DNA of 64,000 nucleotides from Calditrichia bacterium (GTDB taxonomy: Bacteria; Calditrichota; Calditrichia; RBG-13-44-9; J075), in the NCBI GenBank assembly GCA_050633245.1, contig JBOEGD010000009.1, positions 256,001 through 320,000 on the forward strand, in the 5' to 3' direction. This document shows positions 19,665 through 30,500 of the stretch, piece after piece. Within the stretch, counting starts at the first letter, position 1; each line of letters opens with the position of its first letter. The translations under genes were made by a program, and so were the position numbers. The notes below the pieces were generated by a model that saw nothing but the letters and a program-made list of their open reading frames with translations, had not been told where the DNA came from and ran no database searches.

Positions 19665-21212
19665 TCAATTCAATGCACTTCTTATAACATCACTATCGGC
19701 AGCTGGCTGGTGCTCCTTTTGCAATAAATCTAAAATATTATCAACCGGAGAATAAACTCCGTCACCGGCTGAAACGAGAATTGTGATCCAACCAGACATT
19801 GCCGGGCCGCAAAGTTGAGCTCGCAAATCTGTGGCTTTCAGCGAATTGGCTGAAGAAAATTTTCCAAGGTCGAAGGGCTCACCTGTTTCATTGAGAATGC
19901 CACATACCATGTCCACTGGATTTAAGAAAAGCGCATTGTCCCATTCCTGTCTTTCAGATGCTACATCGTTGCGTATCTCAGAAACGTGTAGCAACCTTAA
20001 CTTACGCTGATCACCTTCCTGCACCCAAATTGGACTGTTTTCTCCTTGCTTAGAGCTGGGAACAACCGAGCAAATGCGAATTGGCCTGTTTAACAGAACA
20101 TATAGCTGGTGACTAAGCTCCTCTAAATTTTCGGCAAAGAATTCTTCACGAATATCTATATTTAAGTCTTCCTGAATAAAATTTACAACGTGATCCAAAA
20201 AGTCAGCATCAACTACCTGATGCTTCAGGCGATCACAATAATAATAGATCAACTCCTGTAGCTCGACCAGCATTCCGCCCATTAATTTGCGTTGATAAAG
20301 ACTGTCGGCCTTTAGACGATCGTGCAGCGTATTATTAAGGCAGCGCACAAAGACAATGTCCCCTTCAGTTTTTTCCAGCTCCTTTAGAAAGACAAAACTG
20401 CTTGAAAATGTGTCAGTTTCATCAATGCCATACTCACTCACACTGGCAATAAAATTCACCCCATAACCTTCATAGTATTCTACAGATCGAGATAAACCGA
20501 CACGCAGCGCCTCGGCCTGTTTTTGAGGAGCAGAAAAACGAATCCGACTCTTCATATCGCGGTCCTGAACGTAGGCAGTGCTGCTGACAAGATGCTCTTC
20601 GAGCATCGTGCGGCTATCGAACATGTATTGATGACATTTCATAAGTGCTATAGGTTTGCTCAGATAGTTAAGCCCTTCGGCAGAAAGAAGCATTTTTAGA
20701 ACACGATCATGTTGCTTTTGTTGAAGCAGCTCCTCCAGGCATTCTCCATTCTGGAGAAACGCCGTTTGTAAATCGCCATAAAAAGGAAATCCAGAAAGCC
20801 TCTTGAAAAAACGCACAACTGCAAAGTCATCATCAGTAATCGCTGAATGCTCAAGAATTTCCAGATCGAAAGGAATGCCGCGTTCATAGAGCTGCAACAA
20901 AGGTCGCATAAATTCCGGATATTCTTCAATTAAGACTAACTGAGAGCTACGTCCAACGGATGCGGCACTATTGTAGGCGGTTATTAGGCGTGGTTCTTCG
21001 CTTTTCGTAATTTCAACAATACCATCTCCAATACATGCAGCATGAAGTGTTCGTTCGCTGTCAGTAGATTTAGTAAAGTTCTGTAAAGAAGACAACTTAT
21101 GGTTGCTGGCATTATTCCTAGCTGCAGCGTCTTTCCGGGAAGCTTTTCCAGGTTTCATAGTACAAATCCTTTTGTTAAGCCATACATCCTTGTATGCAGG
21201 CATCCTTGCCAT
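19665..21212 (-). CDS. DUF4301-family protein (nucleotide-diphospho-sugar transferase-like fold), degenerate
   Basis: Recognisable DUF4301 blocks GLNY..KP, RT.LEEHLV, DIVFV, LNRPIRIC, NPVDMVCG, GEPFDL, DLLQKEHQ; Gly-rich motifs appear lost; start uncertain. Confidence 0.7.
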   Translation of the reverse strand: MARMPAYKDVWLNKRICTMKPGKASRKDAAARNNASNHKLSSLQNFTKSTDSERTLHAACIGDGIVEITKSEEPRLITAYNSAASVGRSSQLVLIEEYPEFMRPLLQLYERGIPFDLEILEHSAITDDDFAVVRFFKRLSGFPFYGDLQTAFLQNGECLEELLQQKQHDRVLKMLLSAEGLNYLSKPIALMKCHQYMFDSRTMLEEHLVSSTAYVQDRDMKSRIRFSAPQKQAEALRVGLSRSVEYYEGYGVNFIASVSEYGIDETDTFSSSFVFLKELEKTEGDIVFVRCLNNTLHDRLKADSLYQRKLMGGMLVELQELIYYYCDRLKHQVVDADFLDHVVNFIQEDLNIDIREEFFAENLEELSHQLYVLLNRPIRICSVVPSSKQGENSPIWVQEGDQRKLRLLHVSEIRNDVASERQEWDNALFLNPVDMVCGILNETGEPFDLGKFSSANSLKATDLRAQLCGPAMSGWITILVSAGDGVYSPVDNILDLLQKEHQPAADSDVIRSALN

Positions 21213-21460
21213 TGCTTATTAACCCGATAGTAATCACAAGAGCTCACGCACTTCCGATTTCTATATGTAACTAAAGTGACGACAGAATAGCCTCTCAGCT
21301 TTAATTACCTGATCGTCAGATGAAATTAATGATAGATTAAGTAAAGTGGAGGAATCTGCAGCGTCTCATAGAATGTAAAGAATATGACAAGTGCTGGCGG
21401 TATATCGGTTTGAATCTAGGGAAGGATACAAAAACTTCAGCCCCATCTACCCGGACTTTC

Positions 21461-21486
21461 AAAAAAAAGTCACCATCCCTGGTGAC
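21461..21486 (-). terminator. Intrinsic terminator after the REC-PP2C gene
   Basis: Minus strand GTCACCA-GGGA-TGGTGAC followed by T8, 9 nt after the stop. Confidence 0.8.
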
Positions 21487-21494
21487 AGACCATC

Positions 21495-22736
21495 TCAGCA
21501 GTGATGATTCTTCACCGTCCCATCCATGAGTTCATTTTCAGCTGAAGCATCAATCATTTCCAGTGCTAGTATCGAGACATCATCTCCAATCGAGTTGTAT
21601 CCACACCATTTATTGGTTATTTCAAGCATATGTTCCATACTTTCGGTTAAGGGTGAATCACTTTTTTCCTGAAGCGTTTCAACCATGCGCTGCAGACCAA
21701 ACTGCTCCGCATCTATATTCTGCGCTTCCGCGATACCATCAGAGTAAAGATAGATTCTATCTCCCGGTTCCATTTGAATGGAATGTTCAACAAATTCATT
21801 TTCCTCAAGGATTCCAATCGGAATCCCCGGAGCTTCGATAAGCCTTCCACCGAAGCGCTTGGAAAGATGAATTATTTGTGGGTGTCCGGCGGAGATAAAC
21901 CGAAACTCACCGGTTTTTTTATCCAGCAAACCGTAAATCAGCGTGAAATATTGACTATTTTCGGGATTTAGCTGAAAACGCTTATTCAACTGATTGGCCA
22001 CTTCTGTAGGTTGAGTAATTTGATACCAGGGCTTCTCATCCAGTCGACGCTTTAATAATGACGCCTCATCAATCACCGGAGACAGTAATCTGCTAAGCGT
22101 TACTGCCAGCAAGGCTGCAGATACACCATGCCCACTCACATCCAGTAGATAAACACCAAGATAATCCTCGTCGAGATTGAATACATTAAATATGTCGCCG
22201 GCAAGCTCATCGCATGGATCAAAGCTCCAGTCTACTCTAAAGTTGTCTAACGGAGGTGGAGAATCGGGAAGCAGCGAAACCTGAATTCTTGCAGCAGCTT
22301 CAAGGTCGTGCTTCATTCGAACATTGTTTTCTGTAAGTTCGGCATTCTGTGAAGACAGCTGACGTTCCAGATCGATGACTCGTCGCGCAGCCTGTAATCT
22401 CACTCGTAATTCTTCCCGATCCAGCGGTTTGGACAGAAAGTCGTCGGCGCCTGCTTCCATCGCTTCAATAAATTCATATTTAGCCGATTTCGCGGTAAGC
22501 ATAATAATATACACATAGTCTGAGGAGCCAATTGCACGGACTTTTTCTACCAGCTGTACACCGTCCATTCGCGGCATCATCCAGTCAGTAATCAGAATGG
22601 AATAGCTACCGCTTCGATATAAGTCCAGAGCTTCCTGCCCATCTTCTGCTGCATCTACATCATAATCCCATTTTTCAAGCGATCTCTGCAAAACCTTGCG
22701 AGACACCATATCATCTTCAGCAATGAGAATTTTCAT
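21495..22736 (-). CDS. Response regulator-PP2C (SpoIIE/RsbU) phosphatase
   Basis: N-terminal REC (ILIAEDD, ITDWMMP, FLSKP), coiled coil, PP2C motifs LAGDIF, LDVSGHG, YSDGIAE, DDVSIL; start at MKILIAEDD. Confidence 0.93.
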   Translation of the reverse strand: MKILIAEDDMVSRKVLQRSLEKWDYDVDAAEDGQEALDLYRSGSYSILITDWMMPRMDGVQLVEKVRAIGSSDYVYIIMLTAKSAKYEFIEAMEAGADDFLSKPLDREELRVRLQAARRVIDLERQLSSQNAELTENNVRMKHDLEAAARIQVSLLPDSPPPLDNFRVDWSFDPCDELAGDIFNVFNLDEDYLGVYLLDVSGHGVSAALLAVTLSRLLSPVIDEASLLKRRLDEKPWYQITQPTEVANQLNKRFQLNPENSQYFTLIYGLLDKKTGEFRFISAGHPQIIHLSKRFGGRLIEAPGIPIGILEENEFVEHSIQMEPGDRIYLYSDGIAEAQNIDAEQFGLQRMVETLQEKSDSPLTESMEHMLEITNKWCGYNSIGDDVSILALEMIDASAENELMDGTVKNHHC

Positions 22737-22922
22737 GCACACACCTTGATTAGAAATTGGATAAATTTCTGGTTATCTGGAAATATTTATAGTTGTCACC
22801 TTCATAAAGTCGCCTTTTTACAACCAAACTTTAAGATTCCGGCGAAAAAAGCCATCGTTTCGTGAATGAATTCTGTTTATATTCATCGCAATCATAAGAA
22901 ACACACAATGAAGGAGGTTAGA

Positions 22923-23546
22923 ATGGCAACAGGATTTATTCCCGGTAGAACCGTTGAGGTTCCGGAAATCCCCTTTTTGGAAACGGTAAAGCTTGAAGCT
23001 TCCAATAGCGCAATTGTTGTTGTTGATATGCAAAATGATTTTGTAAAAGAAGGCGGAACACTGGTCGTTGAGGATGCAGTAAAAACACTACCTGCCTTGC
23101 AAGACTTGCTCGCTCGCGGACGTAAAGCCGGCGTGCAAATTGCTTACACTCAGGATAGTCATAATGATGGTGATCCGGAATGGGATATTTGGCCACAGCA
23201 TTGTAAAACAAATACCTGGGGCTGGAATATTGTTGATGAACTGGCACCAAAGAAGGGCGACCTGGTATGCCGTAAAAGCCGCTACGATGGCTTCTACGGC
23301 ACTGAACTGGAGCACTTTTTAAGCAGGGTTTGGAAAGTTGAAAATCTGGTAATTGTTGGAACAGTTTCCAGCATTTGCGTGGCGCATACCGCAGCGAGCG
23401 CCGGATTGCGCTGGTTTCGCTTAACAATTCCTGCCGACGGCATGTCTGCATTAACAGAATTTGATCAGGCACTTACACTCAGACAAGCCTCATGGCTTTA
23501 TTTAGGAAGTGTTGTAAAAGCCACCAGCGATATTCACTTTACTTAG
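22923..23546 (+). CDS. pncA: Cysteine hydrolase, probable nicotinamidase (PncA-like)
   Basis: [12 protein letters not shown]...WPQHC metal ligands, [15 protein letters not shown] (D-K-C triad); adjacent to pncB; start ATG 22923 behind AAGGAGG. Confidence 0.75.
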   Translation: MATGFIPGRTVEVPEIPFLETVKLEASNSAIVVVDMQNDFVKEGGTLVVEDAVKTLPALQDLLARGRKAGVQIAYTQDSHNDGDPEWDIWPQHCKTNTWGWNIVDELAPKKGDLVCRKSRYDGFYGTELEHFLSRVWKVENLVIVGTVSSICVAHTAASAGLRWFRLTIPADGMSALTEFDQALTLRQASWLYLGSVVKATSDIHFT

Positions 23547-23557
23547 GAGATCTTTTC

Positions 23558-25132
23558 TTGAAGCCACAACATCGCCGGATTGCAGAAGGCATTCTTTTCA
23601 CAGATCAATATCAGTTGACGATGGCACAACTCTATTTTCGTATGGGCCTACACAATAAAGATGCACAGTTCGATCATTTTTTTCGCAAATATCCAGACTA
23701 TGGTTTGCACAAAGCCGGCTTCTGCGTTACTGCAGGGCTGGAATGGTTATTAAACTGGATCGAAGAGGCCAGCTTTGGAGATGCGGAAATTCATTATCTG
23801 CGCGAACAGCGCAATGCCTCCGGTCATCGACTTTACGACGATGCTTTTTTAAACTGGTTACAGAAAGAATTCACGTTTGAGTCCCTGCAAATCAGAGCGA
23901 TTCCCGAGGGAAGAGTCGTTCACCCGAACGTTCCTCTTACGGTTGTTCAGGGACCATTGGCTGCAGCTCAGATTCTGGAAACATCGCTTCTGAATCACCT
24001 GAACTATCAGACGTTGATTGCCACAAAGGCAGCACGCATTTTTGAAAGCGGACGCGGTCAATTGTTATTAGAGTTTGGCCTGAGGCGCGGGCATTACAAA
24101 GGTGCAAACGCCGGTACGCGTGCTGCGCTAATCGGCGGAGCAGACTATACATCAAACGTCGGAGTATCTCACCTAATGGGTCTTGGCCCGCGTGGAACAC
24201 ATGCCCACAGCATGGTGCAAACGTTTCTTGCACTTGGAAAATCTGAACAGGATGCTTTTCAAGCTTATGCCGATGTATATCCCGATGAATGCCTGCTGCT
24301 TGTCGATACAATAGATACCCTCGGAAGCGGCGTACCAAACGCCATCCGGGTTTTTGAAAAACTAAAGAAAAACGGACATAAGCCGGTTGGAATAAGACTG
24401 GACTCAGGTGACCTGGCCTATCTTAGTATTCAGGCAGCAAAGATGCTGGACAAAGCAGGATTTGAAGACTGCGCTATCGTACTCTCTAACAACCTGGACG
24501 AACTGGTGATTTTGCAGATTATAACACAGATTCTGGAAGAGGCCCCGCGCTATGATGTCGATGCCGACAAGCTTCTCAGGCGCCTGGTTTATGGCGTGGG
24601 TACAAAACTGGTTACCTCAGAAGGCGAATCCAGCCTTGGAGGCGTATTCAAGCTCGTGGCCTTACACGATAAAGGACAGTGGGTTCCGGCTATGAAAATT
24701 TCCGAAAATCCTGAGAAAACACCTAATCCCGGATTAAAAAACGTCTGGCGCGTATATGATAATCGTAAAAATGCCTCTGCCGATCTTATTTGTCTGGAGG
24801 ATGAAAAGCCACAGCAGTCCAAACAACTTACACTTCATCACCCCTCGGGATATACCAAACAACGCACGCTGGAGAGCAGTGAAATATCAAACCTTGAGCC
24901 ACTTCTAAAACCGGTATATGATCAAGGTAAACGGCTGGAAGCACCTATTCCACTCGATCTCATGCGCGAACGCCGTAAGCAGGATGTAGAGCGGCTGGAC
25001 CCTGGTATTCGACGTCTGATGAATCCACATATTTATCATGTTTCGCTATCAAAAAAGCTATGGAATATGAAGCAAGAGCTTATTGAGAAGGTCCGCTCAA
25101 GCGGCACTACATCAGAAAACAAGGAGGCGTAA
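23558..25132 (+). CDS. pncB: Nicotinate phosphoribosyltransferase
   Basis: [47 protein letters not shown]; likely TTG start 23558 behind AGGAG. Confidence 0.93.
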   Translation: MKPQHRRIAEGILFTDQYQLTMAQLYFRMGLHNKDAQFDHFFRKYPDYGLHKAGFCVTAGLEWLLNWIEEASFGDAEIHYLREQRNASGHRLYDDAFLNWLQKEFTFESLQIRAIPEGRVVHPNVPLTVVQGPLAAAQILETSLLNHLNYQTLIATKAARIFESGRGQLLLEFGLRRGHYKGANAGTRAALIGGADYTSNVGVSHLMGLGPRGTHAHSMVQTFLALGKSEQDAFQAYADVYPDECLLLVDTIDTLGSGVPNAIRVFEKLKKNGHKPVGIRLDSGDLAYLSIQAAKMLDKAGFEDCAIVLSNNLDELVILQIITQILEEAPRYDVDADKLLRRLVYGVGTKLVTSEGESSLGGVFKLVALHDKGQWVPAMKISENPEKTPNPGLKNVWRVYDNRKNASADLICLEDEKPQQSKQLTLHHPSGYTKQRTLESSEISNLEPLLKPVYDQGKRLEAPIPLDLMRERRKQDVERLDPGIRRLMNPHIYHVSLSKKLWNMKQELIEKVRSSGTTSENKEA

Positions 25133-26397
25133 TGCCTTTAGATATTTCGCGAATTCGCGAGCAGTTTCCAGCGCTTTCACTGACAGATAATGGTCAGCGA
25201 CGCATTTATCTGGACAACCCGGCTGGAACACAGGTTCCACAGCGCGTTGTAGATCGCGTGTCAGACTATTTCATTCGCTGCAATGCCAATCGCAGCGGAC
25301 AGTTTACAACTGCCAGAGAATCTGATAAAATTGTTTTTGACGCACATGCAGCAGTGGCCGATCTGCTTAACGCCTATTCTCCGGATGAAATCGTTTTTGG
25401 ACAAAACATGACCAGCGTAACCTATCACATCGCGCGATCACTGGCAAAGTTATTCAAAGCCGGAGATAAGCTGATAGTTACCCGTATGGATCACGACGCC
25501 AATATTTCGCCCTGGCTGCAAATGGCAGAAGACGTGGGCATGGACGTGCTCTGGTGGGAGTTCAATACCGAAACCTATCAATTCGAACTGGATGATTTGC
25601 AAAAGCTGCTCGATCGCGGCGGAGTAAAGTTCGCGGCCGTGAACTATGCCAGCAATGCATTGGGAACGATTAACGATATTAAAACGATATGTAGCATGAT
25701 AGGTGAAGCCGGGGCACTCAGCTTTATCGATGCCGTGCAGTTTGTTCCACATGCTCCAACAGATGTTCAGAAAATCGGTTGTGATTTATTGGCCTGCTCA
25801 ATCTATAAAATTTATGGTGGACATCAGGGTGCTGTTTGGGCAAAAAAAGATTTTCTGGAATCACTGTTTGCCTATAAAGTTCGTCCGGCCAACGACGGTA
25901 GTCCGTGGCGATTTGAAACGGGTACTCAAAGCCATGAGGGGCAGGCCGGTACGCTTGGCGCCATGGAATATTTAGAAGACATCGGCAAAACGATGGCGCA
26001 GGAATATGAATCATATTTTCCACAGTTCAGCGGAAGACGTTTGCATTTGCACACGGCTATGTCGGCAATAAAAGATTATGAGGAAGACTTAAGCGCACAT
26101 CTGATCTCTGGCTTGCTGGCAATTCCAGGCGTTACCGTCCACGGCATCAGCGATCCGGAAAAGATGCATTTACGTGTGCCAACCGTGGCTTTCACCCATA
26201 GGGCTCACTCCCCTGCTGCAATTGCAAAAGCACTGGGCGAAGCAAATATCTTTGTATGGAATGGTCACTACTACGCCATCGAAGTGATTGCCAGCCTTGG
26301 CTTAACAGATAGCGGCGGCATGGTACGCGTCGGTGCAGGACACTACAACACAACTGCCGAGATAGACGAGCTACTGCAAGTTGTAGCGGATCTCTAG
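25132..26397 (+). CDS. Cysteine desulfurase-like PLP enzyme (aminotransferase class V, VC1184-type)
   Basis: YLDNPAGTQVP, DHDANISPW, ASNALG, IDAVQ, CSIYK, FETGT; the catalytic-Cys loop reads WNGHYYA. Confidence 0.85.
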   Translation: MPLDISRIREQFPALSLTDNGQRRIYLDNPAGTQVPQRVVDRVSDYFIRCNANRSGQFTTARESDKIVFDAHAAVADLLNAYSPDEIVFGQNMTSVTYHIARSLAKLFKAGDKLIVTRMDHDANISPWLQMAEDVGMDVLWWEFNTETYQFELDDLQKLLDRGGVKFAAVNYASNALGTINDIKTICSMIGEAGALSFIDAVQFVPHAPTDVQKIGCDLLACSIYKIYGGHQGAVWAKKDFLESLFAYKVRPANDGSPWRFETGTQSHEGQAGTLGAMEYLEDIGKTMAQEYESYFPQFSGRRLHLHTAMSAIKDYEEDLSAHLISGLLAIPGVTVHGISDPEKMHLRVPTVAFTHRAHSPAAIAKALGEANIFVWNGHYYAIEVIASLGLTDSGGMVRVGAGHYNTTAEIDELLQVVADL

Positions 26398-26405
26398 GGC
26401 AGTAC

Positions 26406-26476
26406 AGATAGACGCATGCAATGCGTCTCAACAGACAGTCAAGGCCCAGTAAAGACGCAATGACTCGCGTCTCAAC
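26406..26476. repeat. Two REP-like palindromes (AGACGC...GCGTCT type)
   Basis: AGACGCAT-gca-ATGCGTCT (26410-26428) and AGACGC-aatgactc-GCGTCT (26453-26472), both followed by CAAC. Confidence 0.7.
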
Positions 26477-26487
26477 GAGAGCGATAT

Positions 26488-27156
26488 ATGAACAAAGAGA
26501 CAGCATTACGCAAAGAGATGGTCCACCTTGGACGAAAGCTCTACAACCGAGAACTCCTGGTGGCCACAGAAGGCAACTTCAGCGCTCGTCTTGATGAGGA
26601 GCGTTTGCTCGCTACACCAAGTGGACTCTGCAAAGGCGAGCTGATCGAAGAGGATCTGGTCATAATCGATCTGCGCGGCAATCACCTGGCCGGCGAGCGA
26701 CGCGTGTCTTCCGAAATAAAAATGCATCTGGAAGTCTATCGCCAGCGACGCGACGTGCAGGCAGTCATCCACGCACATCCACCGATGTGCATCGCCATGA
26801 TGCTGGCTGGCAAAACGCTGGATCGTCCAATACTCGCTGAATGCGTGCTGCTTCTTGGAAAAGTACCCATTGCCCCCTACGCCACGCCATCGACGAACGA
26901 AATACCTGATTCCATTAAGCCCCTCATCCCGCAAACCGACTGCATTTTGCTCGATCATCACGGTAGCCTGACGGCCGGCAGTTCGCTAAAAGAGGCCTGC
27001 TACAAACTGGAAATGCTGGAGCAAACAGCGAAATCCTACCTCACCGCCTTACAGGTCAGCGGAACAGTTCGCGAACTCTCCGAAGAAAAAGTGGCAGAGC
27101 TAATGAAGCTACGCGAAAGCCGCTATGGTATTACCTGGCCAATTATTCCTTTTTGA
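26488..27156 (+). CDS. Class II aldolase/adducin family protein (FucA/MtnB-like)
   Basis: EGNFSAR, TPSG, SSEIKMH, VIHAHPP, LLDHHG. Confidence 0.88.
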   Translation: MNKETALRKEMVHLGRKLYNRELLVATEGNFSARLDEERLLATPSGLCKGELIEEDLVIIDLRGNHLAGERRVSSEIKMHLEVYRQRRDVQAVIHAHPPMCIAMMLAGKTLDRPILAECVLLLGKVPIAPYATPSTNEIPDSIKPLIPQTDCILLDHHGSLTAGSSLKEACYKLEMLEQTAKSYLTALQVSGTVRELSEEKVAELMKLRESRYGITWPIIPF

Positions 27157-27572
27157 GAAAGCTTCAAAGTTCCAGGTTCGGTTTCTGCATTTTCCTTATG
27201 TCCAGTCTAATCCCGAAAGTACCAAAAAATAAATGATCGCTAATTGTTCCAAGAACATATTGATTCTGAGGAGAAACGTGGAGTTTTATAACAGCACCGA
27301 TGAAGGCTTTTTTGACGCCGGATTCAAGATTATCAACGAGAACGGTGAGCTGTTTGTACTCATCCGCTCTCATGCAATGGCAGGAATGTAGAACTACTTT
27401 ATCATTCGTAATAAGACGCAACTGGCCGAATTGCTTGCAACCCAAAAAGCGAAAGAATCCTTCCAATTAAAAGTAAGATTTTCAGACCTCGCTTTTGACA
27501 AATCTCACAACGGTGCATTCATTCCGGGACTATACTGTTTTTCATGCATTTTTATGCCATTCCGGAATTCTA

Positions 27573-30500
27573 ATGAACACTTCATTAAGACACATTGTAC
27601 TGCTCAGCTTATTGCTATGCCCTACCCTGCTACTTTCCGATTGGCGACCGAAGGAAATGAAGGTAAAGGTTGAGCTTCAAAAACCGGAAGATCTGGCAAA
27701 ACTCACCGAGCTCGGTATCACCCCTGCTCATACGCAACTGCCCATAGTTTATCTACACATTATTCCTGCAGAACTCAAAGCTCTTCGCGAAATCGGATTC
27801 ACCCCTCAGATCCTCATTGCCAGCCTCAGCAATCATTCCAGGAATTTATTAAAACAGCCGGCTCTGCAAGGTTATCTGGGTTATAATGACATGCTGCATC
27901 GCCTGGAAGAACTACAAAAGCAGTATCAACACATTATTAGACTTCAAACTATCGGTAAAAGCGTTCTTGGACGAAAATTAATCGCAGTAAAAATCAGCGA
28001 TAACCCTTCATTATCTGAAGCCGAACCTAAGCTTGCATTTGATGGCGGATACCATGGCGATGAAATAATCACAACAGAAGTCCTAATACGGTTTATCGAA
28101 GACTTTTGCAGTCGTTACGCCACTGACAAACGCGTTCGACAGCTTATCAACTCTCGAGAAATTCACGTTCTGCCGCTGGTAAATCCGGACGGCCGGGAAA
28201 CACTTACACGCCGCAATGCCAATCATGTCGATCTAAACCGGGATTGGGGACACCTTTGGAATAGCGCAGGCAACAGTGAGCATCCCTTTTCTCAACCAGA
28301 GACGCGCGCAGTGTTAAACTGGATTAATAAGCAAAATTTTTCCATTCACCAGAGCCTGCATGCCGGAGCGCAGCTAATTTCATATCCCTGGAGCTGCCGT
28401 CCTGGAAGAGTGCCGGATGCAGCGCTATTCGACTATCTGGCTTCCGGCTATGCAACGAGTTCCGGGTATAGCACCTTACAGCTGGGCAGCGGTTACAATG
28501 AGCTTTACCCCGTCTGCGGGACCGCCAAGGACGCCTACTATGCACTGAACGGCACGCTTGGTTGGACCATGGAATTAACGCAAAACAAAACTCCCGCTTA
28601 CAGCGAAGTAGATGCAATTTACCAGCAAAACAAACCATCGTTTTTGTATCTCCTGCAGCAGGTCGGACACGGCCTCGCGGCAACCATTCAGGATGCGCAA
28701 ACTGGTAAGCCGGTTATGGCGCGCATAGAAATTCGAAACGACCGACAAAATTTCTGGCCGATATACAGTCCACGCGGCTACTTTCACAAGTTTTTATTAC
28801 AGGGTAAATATGAATTGCGCGTGAGCGCGAACGGATATAAAACAGCCGTTTTCCCGAATATCAGCGTGAAGGATACCGGCGCTGTGAAGCTGAACATCGC
28901 CTTATCTGCCACCAGTGGATCATACGCCTTTAAAACAATGGCTACGCGAGTTCCACAGACCACCAGTGGACTGCTAAAGCCGCCTTTTCAGGCACTCGGC
29001 AGCCCTGACAACAGGGGGTATTCTCTGGGCCGAAATGGCTGGATTATCCTTGACATGGCTGCGGAGGTTAGGGACTTGCCGGGAGACGATTTGCGAATTT
29101 TCGAAGCTGGGAATTCAAACGAGGGATATGAGCTCTCTGTTTCAATAAATCCCCACGGCCCTTGGAAACACATTGGTGGCGGTCGGGGAACTTCAGACTT
29201 TGATCTGGCTCGGCACGACATTGCCCGATTTCGCTACTTGCGAATTGAGGATGATGGCGATGGATTTTCCGGATTGTCCAATGCCGGATTCGACCTGGAT
29301 GCCGTCGAGAGCAGCCTTTTACCGGGCAATGAGCCTTATCTAATTGCTGAATCCTATACGGTGCTGGATACATTAAATAACTTTAATGGTATACTTGAAA
29401 TCGGAGAAACCGCCGGTATACGAATCAAGCTGGAGAATCTCGGAAAACAGACCAGTGCCGCCGGAAAAATACGAGTTCGCCAAGCCTCTCCGGGAATAAC
29501 AGTTCTTACAGATAGCAGCTCCTTTCCTTCCCTCTCACCCGGTGCATCAGTATGGTGTGATGGCTTTGGTCTAAGAATCGAGCCCACAATAAATCTTGAG
29601 CGTGAAACAATCGTCCAGCTTGAAATGCGTACTGCAAAGGGCAAGGCCTGGCTACATCCGCTGAATCTTCAAATAAACAGTGGCGGTCAACTCGAACTCT
29701 CTGTGTCCGAATTGACCTTTGATGCGGTATTTATAGATTCGCGACAAACGACCCAACTCCAGCTCAACAATAGCGGCAGCGATTCGCTTAAAATATTTCG
29801 TCTGCATACCAAAGGGAAGCAATTTAGCGTCGAGCCCTCCCAGCTAATAATCCCGCCCTTTCAAAGCACGCTCGTAAATGTGTATTATCAGCCGATAGCC
29901 GAGCAGCAAGTTAACGATACGCTGCAAATTCTGAGTAACGATCCACGATTCCCCAGGAGATATCTGGCGCTATCCGGAAGTGGCATCCAGGCACCGGAGC
30001 TTCGTCTGCAAACAGACTCTCTGCACCTTTCTTTATTGCCAAACGACTCGGCAAGCATTCTTGTTGGACTGCAAAATATTGGGGCGGGCATGCTAAACTA
30101 CAGCGTGAGCATGGAATTCGAGGCACTAGACGGATTCAAGCTGAGCAGCAGCGATTCACCGGAAAGCAGGCGCTTTCAGTGGATAAATTATCAAGAATTT
30201 GAGCAGCTGGAGTTTACAAGGCAGCAAAAGGCTCAAAAGGTTTCGCTACCATTTCAGTTCAAATTTCAAGGAAAGAAATATCGAACTATCACTGTTTCAA
30301 CCAACGGACAGCTCATATTTTCAGATTCAACAAACATTGACGGGGAATCTGATCTGAAAATATCGGCACTTGGCAGCCAGCTGAGAACCTCAGGAAATAG
30401 CAAAATTTCCTATTGGACATCCAAAGATATGTGCGTTTTTGAGTGGAAAGAAATGTCCTTCGCGAAAAGCGATGGCGTTGCCACTTTTCGTATAACGTTG

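Noticed and set aside
27164-27466. 100-aa minus-strand ORF in the aldolase-carboxypeptidase gap
   Set aside because: TTG start without clear RBS and no recognisable motif; cannot be supported, though a small gene is not excluded.
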